NCBI GenBank assembly: GCA_963734545.1
Contig: CAVTHO010000003.1
Coordinates: 288,001-352,000 of the forward strand
Reading direction: 5' to 3'
DNA from: an uncultured Spirochaetota bacterium
GTDB taxonomy: Bacteria; Spirochaetota; Spirochaetia; SZUA-6; Fen-1364
DNA length: 64,000 nt
Below, in pieces: positions 48,507-59,302 of this stretch. How positions within the stretch are numbered: the stretch's first letter is position 1; each line of letters starts with the position of its first letter. Under the pieces are notes generated by a model. It was not told the origin of the DNA, did no database searches, and worked only from the letters and a program-made list of their open reading frames with translations. Both the position numbers and the translations under genes were made by a program.

Positions 48507-49811
48507 CTACATCCGGCGTTTGTCCACCACGCGCCGTGTCTTGCCCTCGATCTGCCGGGCAATGGTCCGGGGTTCCACCAGCGTGACCCGCGCCTTGACG
48601 CCGATGAGGGAGTCTATCTCCGCCGCGACGCGCACCTTCAGCTTTTCCAGGGATTTCATCTCATCCATTTCCGGCATGGATTCCGAGATCTCCACGCGCA
48701 CCTCGAGGGTATCGATGCCCGCCTCCCGGTCCACCACTATTTCATAGTGGGGCTGCAGGCCGCTCACGCTCAGGATGATCTGCTCGATCTGGGAAGGGAA
48801 AACCTTCGAGGCCCCCATGATGATCAGGTCGTCGATCCTTCCGCGCACGCGTGACATCCGCTTCAATGTTCTTCCGCACACGCACGTCTCGGTGGAGAGG
48901 ACGCCGAGGTCCCCGGTCCTGTAGCGGATCAGGGGAAAGCCCTCTTTCGTGATGGTGGTGAATACCAGCTCCCCTTCCGCTCCCGGGGGCACGGGCGTAA
49001 GGGTACGGCTGTCCACCGCCTCGACGATGAAATGGTCCTCGTTGACATGCAGCCCGGCCCGGGCCTCGCACTCGAAGGAAACCCCGGGGCCCAGGATTTC
49101 CGTGAGCCCGTAGTTGTCGAAGGTGGTGATACGGAGGGAGCTCTCGATCTGCTCACGCAGCCCTTCGCTCCAGGGCTCGGCGCCGAGAAAGCCCGCTTTC
49201 AGGGACAGCTTTTCCGGATCTATGCCCTTTTCCGCCAGCGCGGCGGCAATGGCGATTGCGTACCCGGGCGTGCACGCAAGCGCGGTGGGCTTGAAGTCCC
49301 TCATGATGAGGGCCTGCTTCTCCAGCGCTCCGGTAGAAGCGGGGATCACGGAGGCGCCGATCTTCTCCGCGCCGTAGTGGAACCCCAGGCCGCCGGTGAA
49401 CAGACCGTAGGTGAAGGCCACCTGGATCACGTCGTGCTCGGTCATGCCCCCCGCGGAAAGCACGCGCGCCACGCACTCGGCCCACATCCTTATGTCGTTT
49501 CTCGTATAGCCGACCACGACAGGGCTGCCCATGGTGCCGGAGGTGGACTGGATGCGCACGATGTCGCGCAGGGGGAACGCGAACATGCCGTACGGATAGC
49601 TTTGCCTCAGGTCTTCCTTCGTCGTGAAGGGGAGCCCGGCCAGGTCGGAGAGAGAGCGCACGTCATCCGCGCGGGCGCCCTTGCCCGACAACCCCTGCCG
49701 GTAGAAGGCCACATTGCGCACGGCGCGATTCAGCGTTGCCTGCAGCCTTTCCAGCTGCAGCTGCGCCATCGCCTCCGCGTCCAGCTTTTCGTACTTCTCG
49801 TTCCAGATCAT
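48507..49811 (-). CDS. paaK: Phenylacetate-CoA ligase family protein
   Basis: [39 protein letters not shown]. Confidence 0.9.
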   Translation of the reverse strand: MIWNEKYEKLDAEAMAQLQLERLQATLNRAVRNVAFYRQGLSGKGARADDVRSLSDLAGLPFTTKEDLRQSYPYGMFAFPLRDIVRIQSTSGTMGSPVVVGYTRNDIRMWAECVARVLSAGGMTEHDVIQVAFTYGLFTGGLGFHYGAEKIGASVIPASTGALEKQALIMRDFKPTALACTPGYAIAIAAALAEKGIDPEKLSLKAGFLGAEPWSEGLREQIESSLRITTFDNYGLTEILGPGVSFECEARAGLHVNEDHFIVEAVDSRTLTPVPPGAEGELVFTTITKEGFPLIRYRTGDLGVLSTETCVCGRTLKRMSRVRGRIDDLIIMGASKVFPSQIEQIILSVSGLQPHYEIVVDREAGIDTLEVRVEISESMPEMDEMKSLEKLKVRVAAEIDSLIGVKARVTLVEPRTIARQIEGKTRRVVDKRRM

Positions 49812-49826
49812 CTCACGTGCGTCCTT

Positions 49827-50561
49827 TCACTCGTCGATGCGCCGGTACTCCCTGCCCAGGTATGCGCGGCGCACGTCGTGATTGCCCGCCAGCTCCTCCG
49901 CGGTGCCCTCCACCATGACGCGGCCTGTCTCCATCACGTATCCGCGATCCGCTATGGCCAGCGCCGCCCGCGCGTTCTGCTCCACGAGGAGCACCGTCTT
50001 TCCCTGCCGGCGAAGCCCGGCGATCACGGAGAAGATCTCCCGCACCACGAGAGGGGCAAGGCCGATGGACGGCTCGTCCAGCATGAGGAGGCCCGGCTTC
50101 GCCATGAGCGCGCGGCCGAGGGCGAGCATCTGCTGCTCGCCGCCGGACAGCGTGCCCGCCGTCTGTGCGTGCCTTCCGCCCAGGACCGGGAAAAGCGCAT
50201 AGATCTCCTCGATGTCGCTGTCCACCCGGCGCCGCCCGTCCCGCCGCGCCCTCAGGTAGGCGCCCAGGAGCAGGTTCTCCCTCACGGAAAGCTCGGCAAA
50301 GATCTGTCTGCCTTCCGGCACCAGGACGCATCCCCGGGAGGCGACGGCCTCGGCGGGCAGCGAGGTGATGTCGGCCGATGCGAATACGGCCGTGCCCGAG
50401 GAGGACCTGACGATCCCCGCAATGGCATTGAGCAGCGTGCTCTTGCCGGCCCCGTTCGCGCCGATGATGGTCACGATCTCGCCGGCGTTCACGTGCAGGG
50501 ACACTCCGTGCAGGACCTCCAGGCCGTCGTAGCCGGCGCGCAGGTTCCGTATCCTAAGCAT
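49827..50561 (-). CDS. livF: ABC ATP-binding protein (LivF-like)
   Basis: GANGAGKS, LSGGEQQM, DEPSIGLAP. Confidence 0.92.
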   Translation of the reverse strand: MLRIRNLRAGYDGLEVLHGVSLHVNAGEIVTIIGANGAGKSTLLNAIAGIVRSSSGTAVFASADITSLPAEAVASRGCVLVPEGRQIFAELSVRENLLLGAYLRARRDGRRRVDSDIEEIYALFPVLGGRHAQTAGTLSGGEQQMLALGRALMAKPGLLMLDEPSIGLAPLVVREIFSVIAGLRRQGKTVLLVEQNARAALAIADRGYVMETGRVMVEGTAEELAGNHDVRRAYLGREYRRIDE

Positions 50562-51324
50562 CGCCCTCTCCCAGGTACACGGCCACGACATGTCGATCCG
50601 CCTGCACGTCCCGCGGCGCGCCCTCGGCGATTCTGCGGCCCGCGCTGAGCACGAGCACCTCGTCGGAGATGCCCATGACCAGGGACATGTCGTGCTCGAC
50701 GATCAGCACGGTGATCCCGCGGTCCCTGATTTTCCCGATCAAAGCCCCCATGTCCTCCGTCTCCGCGGGATTCAGGCCGCACGCCGGCTCGTCCAGCAGC
50801 AGCAGGCGCGGCTCGGATGCCAGGGCGCGGGCGATCTCCACCACCCTCTGCCGTCCGAAGGGAAGGCTTGCCGCGTCACGATGCGCGAGATCGGCCGCTC
50901 CCAGCTCATCCAGCACGGCCAGGCACGCCTCCCGCGCGTGCGCCTCTCTCCGGCCGGTGATCGCGGGGCCGATGATGCTTGCCGCGAACCCGCCGCGGGT
51001 GCGGACGTGCCGGCCCACCATCACGTTTTCCAGGACGCTCATGCGGGGGAAAAGGCGCGTGGCCTGGAAGGTGCGGGAGACGCCGCGCCGGGCGATCTGG
51101 TGGGGCGGCAGCCCACCTGTCGGGCGTCCGTCGAACAGGATGGATCCGGACGCGGGCGCGAGGCTTCCCGCGATGAGATTGAAGAGGGTGGTCTTTCCCG
51201 CGCCGTTCGGGCCGATGATGGCCTTCACGATTCCGGCGCGGCAGGAAAAGCTCACGTCGTCGATGACGTGCAGGCCGCCGAACCAGCGGTGAAGCCTGCT
51301 CACTTCGAGAAGCGCGTGGCTCAT
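50554..51324 (-). CDS. livG: ABC ATP-binding protein (LivG-like)
   Basis: GPNGAGKT, RTFQ, LLLDEPACG. Confidence 0.92.
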   Translation of the reverse strand: MSHALLEVSRLHRWFGGLHVIDDVSFSCRAGIVKAIIGPNGAGKTTLFNLIAGSLAPASGSILFDGRPTGGLPPHQIARRGVSRTFQATRLFPRMSVLENVMVGRHVRTRGGFAASIIGPAITGRREAHAREACLAVLDELGAADLAHRDAASLPFGRQRVVEIARALASEPRLLLLDEPACGLNPAETEDMGALIGKIRDRGITVLIVEHDMSLVMGISDEVLVLSAGRRIAEGAPRDVQADRHVVAVYLGEGDA

Positions 51325-52284
51325 CGCGCGTTTCCCGCGCGGCCGCGCCGCGCGAACAGGCCGAACACTCCCTGCGGCGCGAACAGCATGATCCCCACGA
51401 GGATGGCGCCGAATACCGCGTCATCGTAGAGACCGAATGCCCCGCGCAGCGAGAGGAAGGTAAGCACCGTGGAAACGGCAAGGGTTCCCCAGAGGCTCCC
51501 CATGCCGCCGGCCGCCACGAGCGCCACGTAGCGCACGGACTTCATCACTCCTGCCTCACCGGGGCCTATGCCGCCGTTGAAGAACGCGAGGCAGGCCCCG
51601 CCCACCCCGGCGTACAGCGCGCTCAGGACGAACGTGGCAAGCTTGAATCGCGCCACGTCGACACCCATGGCCGCGGCGGCGTCCTCGTTGCCGTGTATGG
51701 CCCGGAGCGCCCGGCCCACGCGCGAGTGCACGAGGTTGATCGCCGTCAAGAGGCCGGCCAGGACCAGGCCCCACGCGATGTAGTAGTTCGGCACGCGCAG
51801 CGCCTTCCTGCCCGGTGATTGCCAGTCCGGCAAACAGGGGGAAGGCCGGGATGTCGGAGAGACCGTCCGCTCCGCCGAACAGGTTTGTGCCGAGCAGGAC
51901 GCGGAGCACAATGATGCCGAACGCCAGTGTCGCCATGGCGAGGTAGTGCCCCCGCAGGCGCAGGACGGGGATCCCGATCAGGAGCGCCACGAGACCCGTG
52001 ATGAGGATCGCGGCCGGCAGCGACACCCATGATGCGAAGCCCACGGTTGCCAGCACGGCCGCCCCGTACCCGCCGATTGCGAAGAAGCCCCCGTGCCCCA
52101 TGGAGACCTGGCCGGCATAGCCCATGAGCAGGCAAAGGCCCAGCGCCACCAGTGTGTAGTAGGCGGACATGGTGAGCTGGGTCATGTAGAACTCGAGCTT
52201 CAGCGCGGAAAGCCCCACCTGGACGAGGATGATGAGCAGGAGAAGGCAGAAGACAGGGAAGTAACGCCTGAGGTACGTACGCAC
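51321..52284 (-). CDS. livM: LIV-type permease (LivM-like); frameshift near 51812
   Basis: GYAGQVSMGH and RLRGHYLAMAT in the first frame; GRALRAI and GGMGS in the second. Confidence 0.82.
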
Positions 52285-52294
52285 GCGGCGCCTT

Positions 52295-53191
52295 TCAGCC
52301 GCCGGCCCGGACGGGCGCCGCCTGCCTGCGCGCGAAAAGGCCCTGCGGCTTGAGGACGAGGATCAGGAGCAGGATCCCCAGCGCCACCACATCCTTGTAC
52401 GCCAGCGGCAGGACACTCACGCTTGCCGTTTCCAGCACTCCCACCACCAGGCCGGCAGCCACGGCAGCAGGGACGCTCCCCGAGCCCTCCCAGCACGGCA
52501 CAGGTGAATCCTTTGACTGCAAGTGATGAGCCCATGTCGTACTGGGTTTGCGTGAGCGGGGAGACGGCGCAGCCGGCCAGGGCGCCCATCGCGGCCGCCA
52601 GGAAGAAGGAAAGCGTGACCACGGTGGAGGCGCGGATGCCGCAGAGACGGGCCGCCGTGGGATTGGACGCGCAGGCGCGCATGGCCTTGCCCAGCAGCGT
52701 GGACCGGAAGAACAGGGTGAGGCCGACCACCATGAGCCCGGAGATCAGCAGCACCCAGAGAAGCTGGGGCGAGATGCGGGCGCCCAGCACGGCCAGGGAG
52801 GAGGTCTCATCACCGGAGAAGAACGGCAGGGCGTGCACTTTTTCATCCCAGATGTGCAGCCCCGCCTCCCGCAGGAGGATGGACAAGACCGATCGTGATG
52901 ATGATCATCCGCAGCACGGCGGGGTTCTTCAGCCAGGAGAGGAACACGATCTGCAGAAGGACCCCCGCGGCGCCGGTGGCGAGCACGGCCACGGCAATTG
53001 CCGCGGGGAGCGGCAGCACGGGGGCCAGAGAAATGGCGATCATGCCCGCCGAGCATCAGGAACTCGCCCTGGGCGAAGTTGATGATGCCCGTCGCGTTGT
53101 AGACGACGGTGAACCCGATGGCAACGACGGCGTACACGCTCCCGGTCGCGATCCCGGCCAGCAGGTACTGGAGGAGCTGTGTCGCCTGCAT
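52295..53191 (-). CDS. livH: LIV-type permease (LivH-like); frameshifts near 53046, 52886 and 52480
   Basis: INFAQGE, GKAMRA, KGFTCAVLGGLG and KPQGLF are spread over four frame segments. Confidence 0.8.
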
Positions 53192-53203
53192 GCTCCCGCG
53201 CGC

Positions 53204-54353
53204 CTACTTCTTGTACAGCGCGAACTCGCCGTTCTTCACGGTGAGCATCTCGAACGCGTCCATCGTGAGCCCGTTGTGGTCCGTCGGAGAGAAGCTGAAG
53301 ATCCCCCCCGTGCCGGCGATGCCCTTCAGGCCTTCAATGGCATCCCGGACTTTGCCATGGTCAACGCTCCCCGCGCGCTTCACCGCCTCAGTCAGCACGA
53401 GAAAGGCGTCGTACGCGTGCCCGCCGAAGGTGCTGACGTCTTCCTTGAACCTCGCCTCGTATTCCTTCTTGTAGGAGGTGAGAACCTGCTTCTGCGGATG
53501 CCCCGCGGGGAGCACGTCCGCGACCAGGAGCCTGCCGGCAGGGAAGATGATGCCGTCCGCGGCCTTTCCCGCCATGGTCACGTAGTTGATGTTTCCGAAC
53601 CCGTGACTCTGGAACAGGGGAATCTCGAAACCCATCTGCTTCATGTTCTTGGGCACCAGTGACTGAGCCGGCTCGACGGACCAGTTGACCACGGCCTGCA
53701 CGTTCTGCAGCCTTGATCTTGGTGAGAACGCCGGTGAGGTCGGTTGCGGTGGACTCGTACACCTCGGTGATTGCCAGGTCGATGCCATTGGCCGGCGCCA
53801 GCTTTTCAAGCTGCGCCTTGCCGCCCTGGCCGAAGCCTGAGTTGCTCACCACGGCCCCGATCCGGGTAATGCCCAGCTTCTTCATGGTGGTGAAGATCAT
53901 CTGAGCGGCAAAGCTGTCCATCTGCGGGGTCTTGAAAACCCATTTGGCCACGGGATTGACGATTGTCTCCGCAGCGGCGCAGGAGATGAGGATCGTCTCA
54001 TTCTCGTCGCAGTAGCTCTTGATCTTCATGCTCTCACCGGTGGTGGAGGGCCCGATGATCGCCAGGACCTCCTGCTCCTCGACGAGCTGCTTGGCGAAGG
54101 AGAGGGCCTTTTCGGCGTTGCCCTGCGAGTCCTTCATGAAAAGCTCGATCTTCCTGCCGCCGATCCCTCCCGCCGCGTTGGCGTCATCGACGAGCATCTG
54201 CATGGTCCTGGATTCAGGCAGGCCGAGGTTGGCGGCAGGGCCGGTAATAGCGAAGATGGCGCCGATTCTGATGGCCCCTGTATCAGCCGCAAAGCTGGAA
54301 GCGGTCAGAAGCGCCGCAAGACCCAGACAGAGGACGAGTTTCTTACTGGACAT
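53204..54353 (-). CDS. LIV-type ABC substrate-binding protein; frameshift near 53712
   Basis: Signal peptide, NAAGGIGGRKIE and GPSTTGES in the first frame; QSHG and FGGHAYD in the second. Confidence 0.85.
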
Positions 54354-54441
54354 GACCTTCTCCTTGGAAATGCGGGAATTGAATATTTATACATACAAGT
54401 GGATTTTCTGCCGTCTGTCAAGAACGCGGCAGAGGCGCGAT

Positions 54442-55737
54442 TCACGGATCGGAGTTGGGGTCCATGTCCGATTCGCCTGTTTCCGCGCGGTCCTTCCCGA
54501 GAGTCTTGGCCCGGTACAAGGCGCGATCTGCACGCGCAATGAGCAGCTCCGCGGTAATGGCCTCATTCGCGCGCGTTGATGCGATCCCCATGCTGATGGT
54601 CACCCGTCGATTCATCGTGGAGCCCTCGTTTTCCATCCGCAGGGCCCTGAGATCGTCGAGGACCGCTTCAGCCACCATGCGCGCGCCCTCCAGAGGGGTG
54701 TCGGGCAGCAGCAAGGCAAACTCGTCGCCGCCGAAGCGCGATACAAAATCAGCGGGCCGGCGCGCGCCTCGGGCAAGGGCTCCTGCCACGGCGACAAGGC
54801 ACCGGTCACCTGCCTGGTGGCCGTACGTGTCGTTGTATTCCTTGAAGAAATCCACGTCACAAAGAATGAACGAGAGCGATCGAGGGAGGGGCCTCTGCCG
54901 TCCCTGGCGGGCCAGGGAACGGCACTCCTGTTCGAAGCGCGCGTCCAGTCCGCGCCGGTTGGCGAGCTTCGTGAGGTCATCCGTTATGGCCATTGCGCCG
55001 AGCTCCTCGTTGAGACGAGCGAGCGTGGCGGCCCTGCCCTGGAACCCGATATACTCGTGCGCCGTGATGTAAAGCAGAGAAGTGGCGAAGCAGAGGAACC
55101 CGTATTCCAATATGAACTGCACGCCTGCGATGATGCCGTTGGACACCAGTGCATCGTGAATGCCCAGCGCAATGAAGACGAAGAGCCCCGCGGCGAAAAT
55201 GCGCCTGTAGGACCTTTCCCGCGTTTTGATCGTTATCCAGAAGAACAGGGAGAAGAGGGCTGCGGCCAGGAGGAGCGCCATGAACAGGGCTCCCATCGGT
55301 CCCAGCGCCGATTCAACGTAAGGCCGCGGCACCCATCGAAAGGACCGGGAGACCAGCACGGGGCTCACGATCAGGTCCGTCAACCACAGGACGCCCAGCA
55401 CGACGAGAAAGAGGGGACCTCCGATACGGTGATACCACCGCCCCGGAATCTGGAGAAAGGAAAAGGTGTAGCCGCAGATGGAATGCGCCATCAGGACAAG
55501 GAAGGAAAACTGCGCCTTGTCCAGGGTCTGCTGGAGGGGGGTCGCGGGCGCGATGAACTGGAGGAAGACGAAAAAGGCGTAGCCCGCGGAGGAGAGGGAA
55601 AAAAGCGCTGCCCATGCATTCGATGTAAGCTTCCGCTGCCTGACGAAGAATATGCTCTCGAATGCGACAAAAAAGAGCGCCACGACCGATACGGAGAGCG
55701 AACCAGCCGCGGACAGTGGAAGCGAGTTCCAGGTCAT
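54442..55737 (-). CDS. Membrane-bound diguanylate cyclase
   Basis: About 7 TM helices; DDLTKLANRR, DVDFFKEYND, I-site RPAD, RFGGDEF. Confidence 0.92.
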   Translation of the reverse strand: MTWNSLPLSAAGSLSVSVVALFFVAFESIFFVRQRKLTSNAWAALFSLSSAGYAFFVFLQFIAPATPLQQTLDKAQFSFLVLMAHSICGYTFSFLQIPGRWYHRIGGPLFLVVLGVLWLTDLIVSPVLVSRSFRWVPRPYVESALGPMGALFMALLLAAALFSLFFWITIKTRERSYRRIFAAGLFVFIALGIHDALVSNGIIAGVQFILEYGFLCFATSLLYITAHEYIGFQGRAATLARLNEELGAMAITDDLTKLANRRGLDARFEQECRSLARQGRQRPLPRSLSFILCDVDFFKEYNDTYGHQAGDRCLVAVAGALARGARRPADFVSRFGGDEFALLLPDTPLEGARMVAEAVLDDLRALRMENEGSTMNRRVTISMGIASTRANEAITAELLIARADRALYRAKTLGKDRAETGESDMDPNSDP

Positions 55738-55753
55738 CGAGGGACCATGGTTG

Positions 55754-56185
55754 TTACAGCGCCTTCAGCTCTTCCGCGCGCACGATGGCGATGCCGTTCT
55801 TTTCCAGCACCTGTAAGGCGCGCTCCCTGTCATCGATCTTGCAGATCACGATGGCGTTGTCCCGGGTCTTTTCCACGTAGGCATACATGTACTCGACATT
55901 CACGTTGTCCTCGTCGAGCACCTCGAGAATTCTTGCCAGCCCGCCCGGCTTGTCTTCCACCTCGACGGCGATCACCTCCGTCACCTGGGCAACGAAGCTG
56001 TTTGCCTTGAGAACTGTCAGGCATCTCTCGGGGTTGTTCACGATGATCCGCAGCACGCCGAAGTCCGCCGTGTCCGCCAGGGAGAGGGCCCTGATATTGA
56101 TTTTCTCCCGTGAGAGTGTCTGGGTGACTTCCGCCAGCCTTCCCTTCTTGTTCTCCAGGAATACGGATATCTGTTTGACGCTCAT
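55754..56185 (-). CDS. Tandem ACT-domain protein
   Basis: QISVFLENKKGRL, DTADFGVLR, DKPGGL, VEYMYA. Confidence 0.92.
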   Translation of the reverse strand: MSVKQISVFLENKKGRLAEVTQTLSREKINIRALSLADTADFGVLRIIVNNPERCLTVLKANSFVAQVTEVIAVEVEDKPGGLARILEVLDEDNVNVEYMYAYVEKTRDNAIVICKIDDRERALQVLEKNGIAIVRAEELKAL

Positions 56186-56194
56186 GATGCCCTC

Positions 56195-57494
56195 CTATAC
56201 CTGCCGCTTGTCGATGATCCGCTTCGCCTTGCCCTCGCTGCGCGCAATGGTTTTCGGCTCCACGAGGCGCACACGCGTGTGGATGTTCAGGGCTGCGTAC
56301 AGCTCCTCCTCGATTCGCCTTTCCATCCGCTCGAGGCCCCTGATCTCGTCGGAAAACACTTTTTCATTCATCTCCACCTGCACTTCCAGCTCGTCAAGCT
56401 GGTCGCGGCGCTCCACAACGAGCTGGTAGTGGGGCTCGGTGCCTTCCACTTTCAATATAATCTCCTCGATCTGGGAGGGGAACACGTTGACGCCGCGGAT
56501 GATGAGCATGTCATCGGTGCGCCCCAGGACCCGGTGCATGCGCACCGTGGTCCTGCCGCACGTGCAGGGCGCCCGCTCGAGGTAGGTAATGTCCCGGGTG
56601 CGATAGCGGAGCACCGGCGTGCCCTCCTTGGTGAGGGTGGTGATCACCAGCTCGCCCTTCTCGCCGTCCGGCAGCACCTTCCCCGTGCCGGGATCTATGA
56701 CCTCGGCGTAGAAATGGTCCTCGTTGATGTGCAGGCCGGCGTGATGCTCGCATTCCATTGCCACCCCCGGGCCGATGATCTCCGTGAGCCCGTAGATGTC
56801 GATGGAGAGGAGGCGCAGCTTCTGCTCGATCTCGGTGCGCATGCTCTCGCTCCACGGCTCGGCCCCGAAGAACCCGGCCTTCAGTCCTACCTCCGATAGA
56901 TCCAGACCTTCTTCCCGGGCCGCCTCGGCAAGGTAGAGCGAGTAGGACGGGGTGCAGGTCAGTACCGTGGACTTGAAGTCCCGCAGAATGGCGAGCTGGC
57001 GCTTCGTGTTGCCGCCCGAGATGGGGATCACCGTGGCGCCGATCCTGCGCGCCCCGTAATGCACACCGAGACCGCCGGTGAACAGGCCGTACCCGTAGGC
57101 GTTCTGCACGATGTCGTGCCGGGTGGTTCCCCCTGCTGCCAGCGTGCGCGCCATGGCCTCGGCCCACACGTCGATGTCGCCGGCCGTGTACGCGTCCACG
57201 ACCGGTTTTCCCGTCGTGCCGGATGACGTGTGGATCTCAACGATGTCGTGGAGCCCCACCGCGAGGAGCCCGTACGGATACACATCGCGCATCTCGTCCT
57301 TGGTGGTAAACGGCAGGCGCGTAATGTCGCCGATTCCCTGGATGTCCTGGGGCCTCACGCCCATACCGGCCATCTTCTTCTGATAGAAGGGGACCCTCCG
57401 ATACAGGACATCCACGAGGCGTCCCAGCCTTTCCCCCTGCAGGTGCGCCATGGCCGGCGCCGGCGAGGGACTCGAAGTCCGTGTTCCAGATCAT
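56195..57494 (-). CDS. paaK: Phenylacetate-CoA ligase family protein; frameshift near 57465
   Basis: MIWN start after a GGAG SD; [34 protein letters not shown]. Confidence 0.9.
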
Positions 57495-57504
57495 CAGGCT
57501 CCTC

Positions 57505-57933
57505 CTACAATCTGTATATCTCGGCGTCGGAGATGAGGCGAATGCTGGTGCCGGCAAGCGCTTTTTCAGCCTCGGGGAATTTTTCAACCTCGAATACTAT
57601 AGCGGCCTTTTTTCCTTCCTCGATCACGAAGCCGTAGCAGTCCTCCACGTTCACTTTCGCGGATGCGAGGCCCACCAGAAGCTCGTGCATGGCGCCCGGC
57701 CTGTCGTCGATCAGGGCCACGAGGATCCTGCGCCGGGTGACCGTGAACCTGCCTTCCTTCAGCGCCTCCAGCCCGCGATCCGGATCGTTCACCAGCACGC
57801 GCACGACGCCGAACTCGCCCGTGCTGGCCATCGAGATGGCGCGGATGTTCAGGCCCCTCTCCGTCAGCGCGCGGGTGATCTTTTCCAGCTTCCCCGGCTC
57901 ATTGACCACGAACACGGACAGGTGGTACGCCAT
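57505..57933 (-). CDS. Tandem ACT-domain protein
   Basis: LSVFVVNEPGKL, EFGVVR, DRPG. Confidence 0.88.
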   Translation of the reverse strand: MAYHLSVFVVNEPGKLEKITRALTERGLNIRAISMASTGEFGVVRVLVNDPDRGLEALKEGRFTVTRRRILVALIDDRPGAMHELLVGLASAKVNVEDCYGFVIEEGKKAAIVFEVEKFPEAEKALAGTSIRLISDAEIYRL

Positions 57934-57934
57934 C

Positions 57935-59242
57935 TCAGCACCCCTGCCCGGAAAGCTTCCGCTTGTCGATCACGCGCACCGCTTTGCCCTCCGCCGCGGG
58001 CAGGCTGCCCGCCTCCAGCAGCCTCACCACGGGCGTCAGGCCCGTCTCTTCCTTCAGCGCGCCCAGCACGCGCGCCTGCAGGCCTTCCAGCTGGGACAGC
58101 GTTCCCTGGAACGCATCCGCCGCCAGCTCCACGCTCACGTGCAGCCGGTCCATGTAGTTCTCGTCGTGGATCTCGATGAGGTAGTTGTTCCCGATGCCCG
58201 GCAGGCGCATCAGGCTCTGCTCGATCTGCATGGGGAAGACGTTCACCCCGTTGATGATGAGCATGTCGTCCGACCGGCCGCGGATGCGGTCGATGCGCCT
58301 GTGCGTGCGCCCGCAGGGACAGGGGCCCGGAAGGATCCGCGTGAGGTCCCGTGTGCGGTAGCGCACGAGCGGCGTGCCTTCACGGGCAATCGAGGTGAGC
58401 ACCAGCTCTCCGCACTCGCCGTCCGGAAGGACCTTGCCGCTCTCCGGGTCGATGATCTCCACGATGAACTGGTCCTCCCAGATGTGCATGCCGGACTGTT
58501 CAGGGCACTCGAAGGCCACGCCGGGACCGCACATCTCGGAGAGACCATAGGAATTGTACGCGCGGATGTTCCATGTCTGCTCGATCCGCTGCCGGGTCTC
58601 TTCCGTGTGCGGCTCGGCGCCGACGAATGCCATGCGGAGGCTGAAGTCCCTGCGCGGATCCAGCCCCATCTCCTCGACATGGGTGGCGAGCCGCAGCGCA
58701 TAGCTGGGAAGGATGTGGATCACCGTGGTCTTGAAATTCTGCATGAACCAGATCTGCCGCTTGCTGGTGCCCGTGCCGATGGGGATCGTCATGGCCCCGA
58801 GCTTCTCGGCGCCATAGTGGAAGCCGAGGCCGCCGGTGAACAGGCCATAACCCATCATGTTCTGGAAAACGTCCGTGCGGCGCATGCCGGCCATGTACAT
58901 GCAGCGCGCAACCAGGTCTCCCCACGTTTCGATATCCTTGTCCGTGTGGTAGATCACGGTGGGGTTGCCCGTGGTGCCCGAAGAGGAGTGCAGGCGCACG
59001 ATGCTCTCCAGCGGGACCGCGAGGAAGCCGTAGGGAAACCCTTCCCGCAGGTCGGCCTTGGTCGTAAAGGGAAGGCGCGAAAGCTCGCGGGGCGAGGAAA
59101 GACCACGCGCGCCGTTGCTCCCGTAGAGCCTCGCGTAGAAGGGTGCCTGCAGCGCGCGCTCGACGGTCGCCGTGAGCCGCTCACACTGCAGCCGTTCGAG
59201 GGACTCCCGGTCCATCGTCTCGATATCCTTGTCCCAGTACAT
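57935..59242 (-). CDS. paaK: Phenylacetate-CoA ligase family protein
   Basis: [36 protein letters not shown]. Confidence 0.9.
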   Translation of the reverse strand: MYWDKDIETMDRESLERLQCERLTATVERALQAPFYARLYGSNGARGLSSPRELSRLPFTTKADLREGFPYGFLAVPLESIVRLHSSSGTTGNPTVIYHTDKDIETWGDLVARCMYMAGMRRTDVFQNMMGYGLFTGGLGFHYGAEKLGAMTIPIGTGTSKRQIWFMQNFKTTVIHILPSYALRLATHVEEMGLDPRRDFSLRMAFVGAEPHTEETRQRIEQTWNIRAYNSYGLSEMCGPGVAFECPEQSGMHIWEDQFIVEIIDPESGKVLPDGECGELVLTSIAREGTPLVRYRTRDLTRILPGPCPCGRTHRRIDRIRGRSDDMLIINGVNVFPMQIEQSLMRLPGIGNNYLIEIHDENYMDRLHVSVELAADAFQGTLSQLEGLQARVLGALKEETGLTPVVRLLEAGSLPAAEGKAVRVIDKRKLSGQGC

Positions 59243-59302
59243 GGTGGTGCCTTCGGTGTATACCGGAAATGAATGCTTTTGCAAGCTCGCGCGCCGGGTC
59301 GA

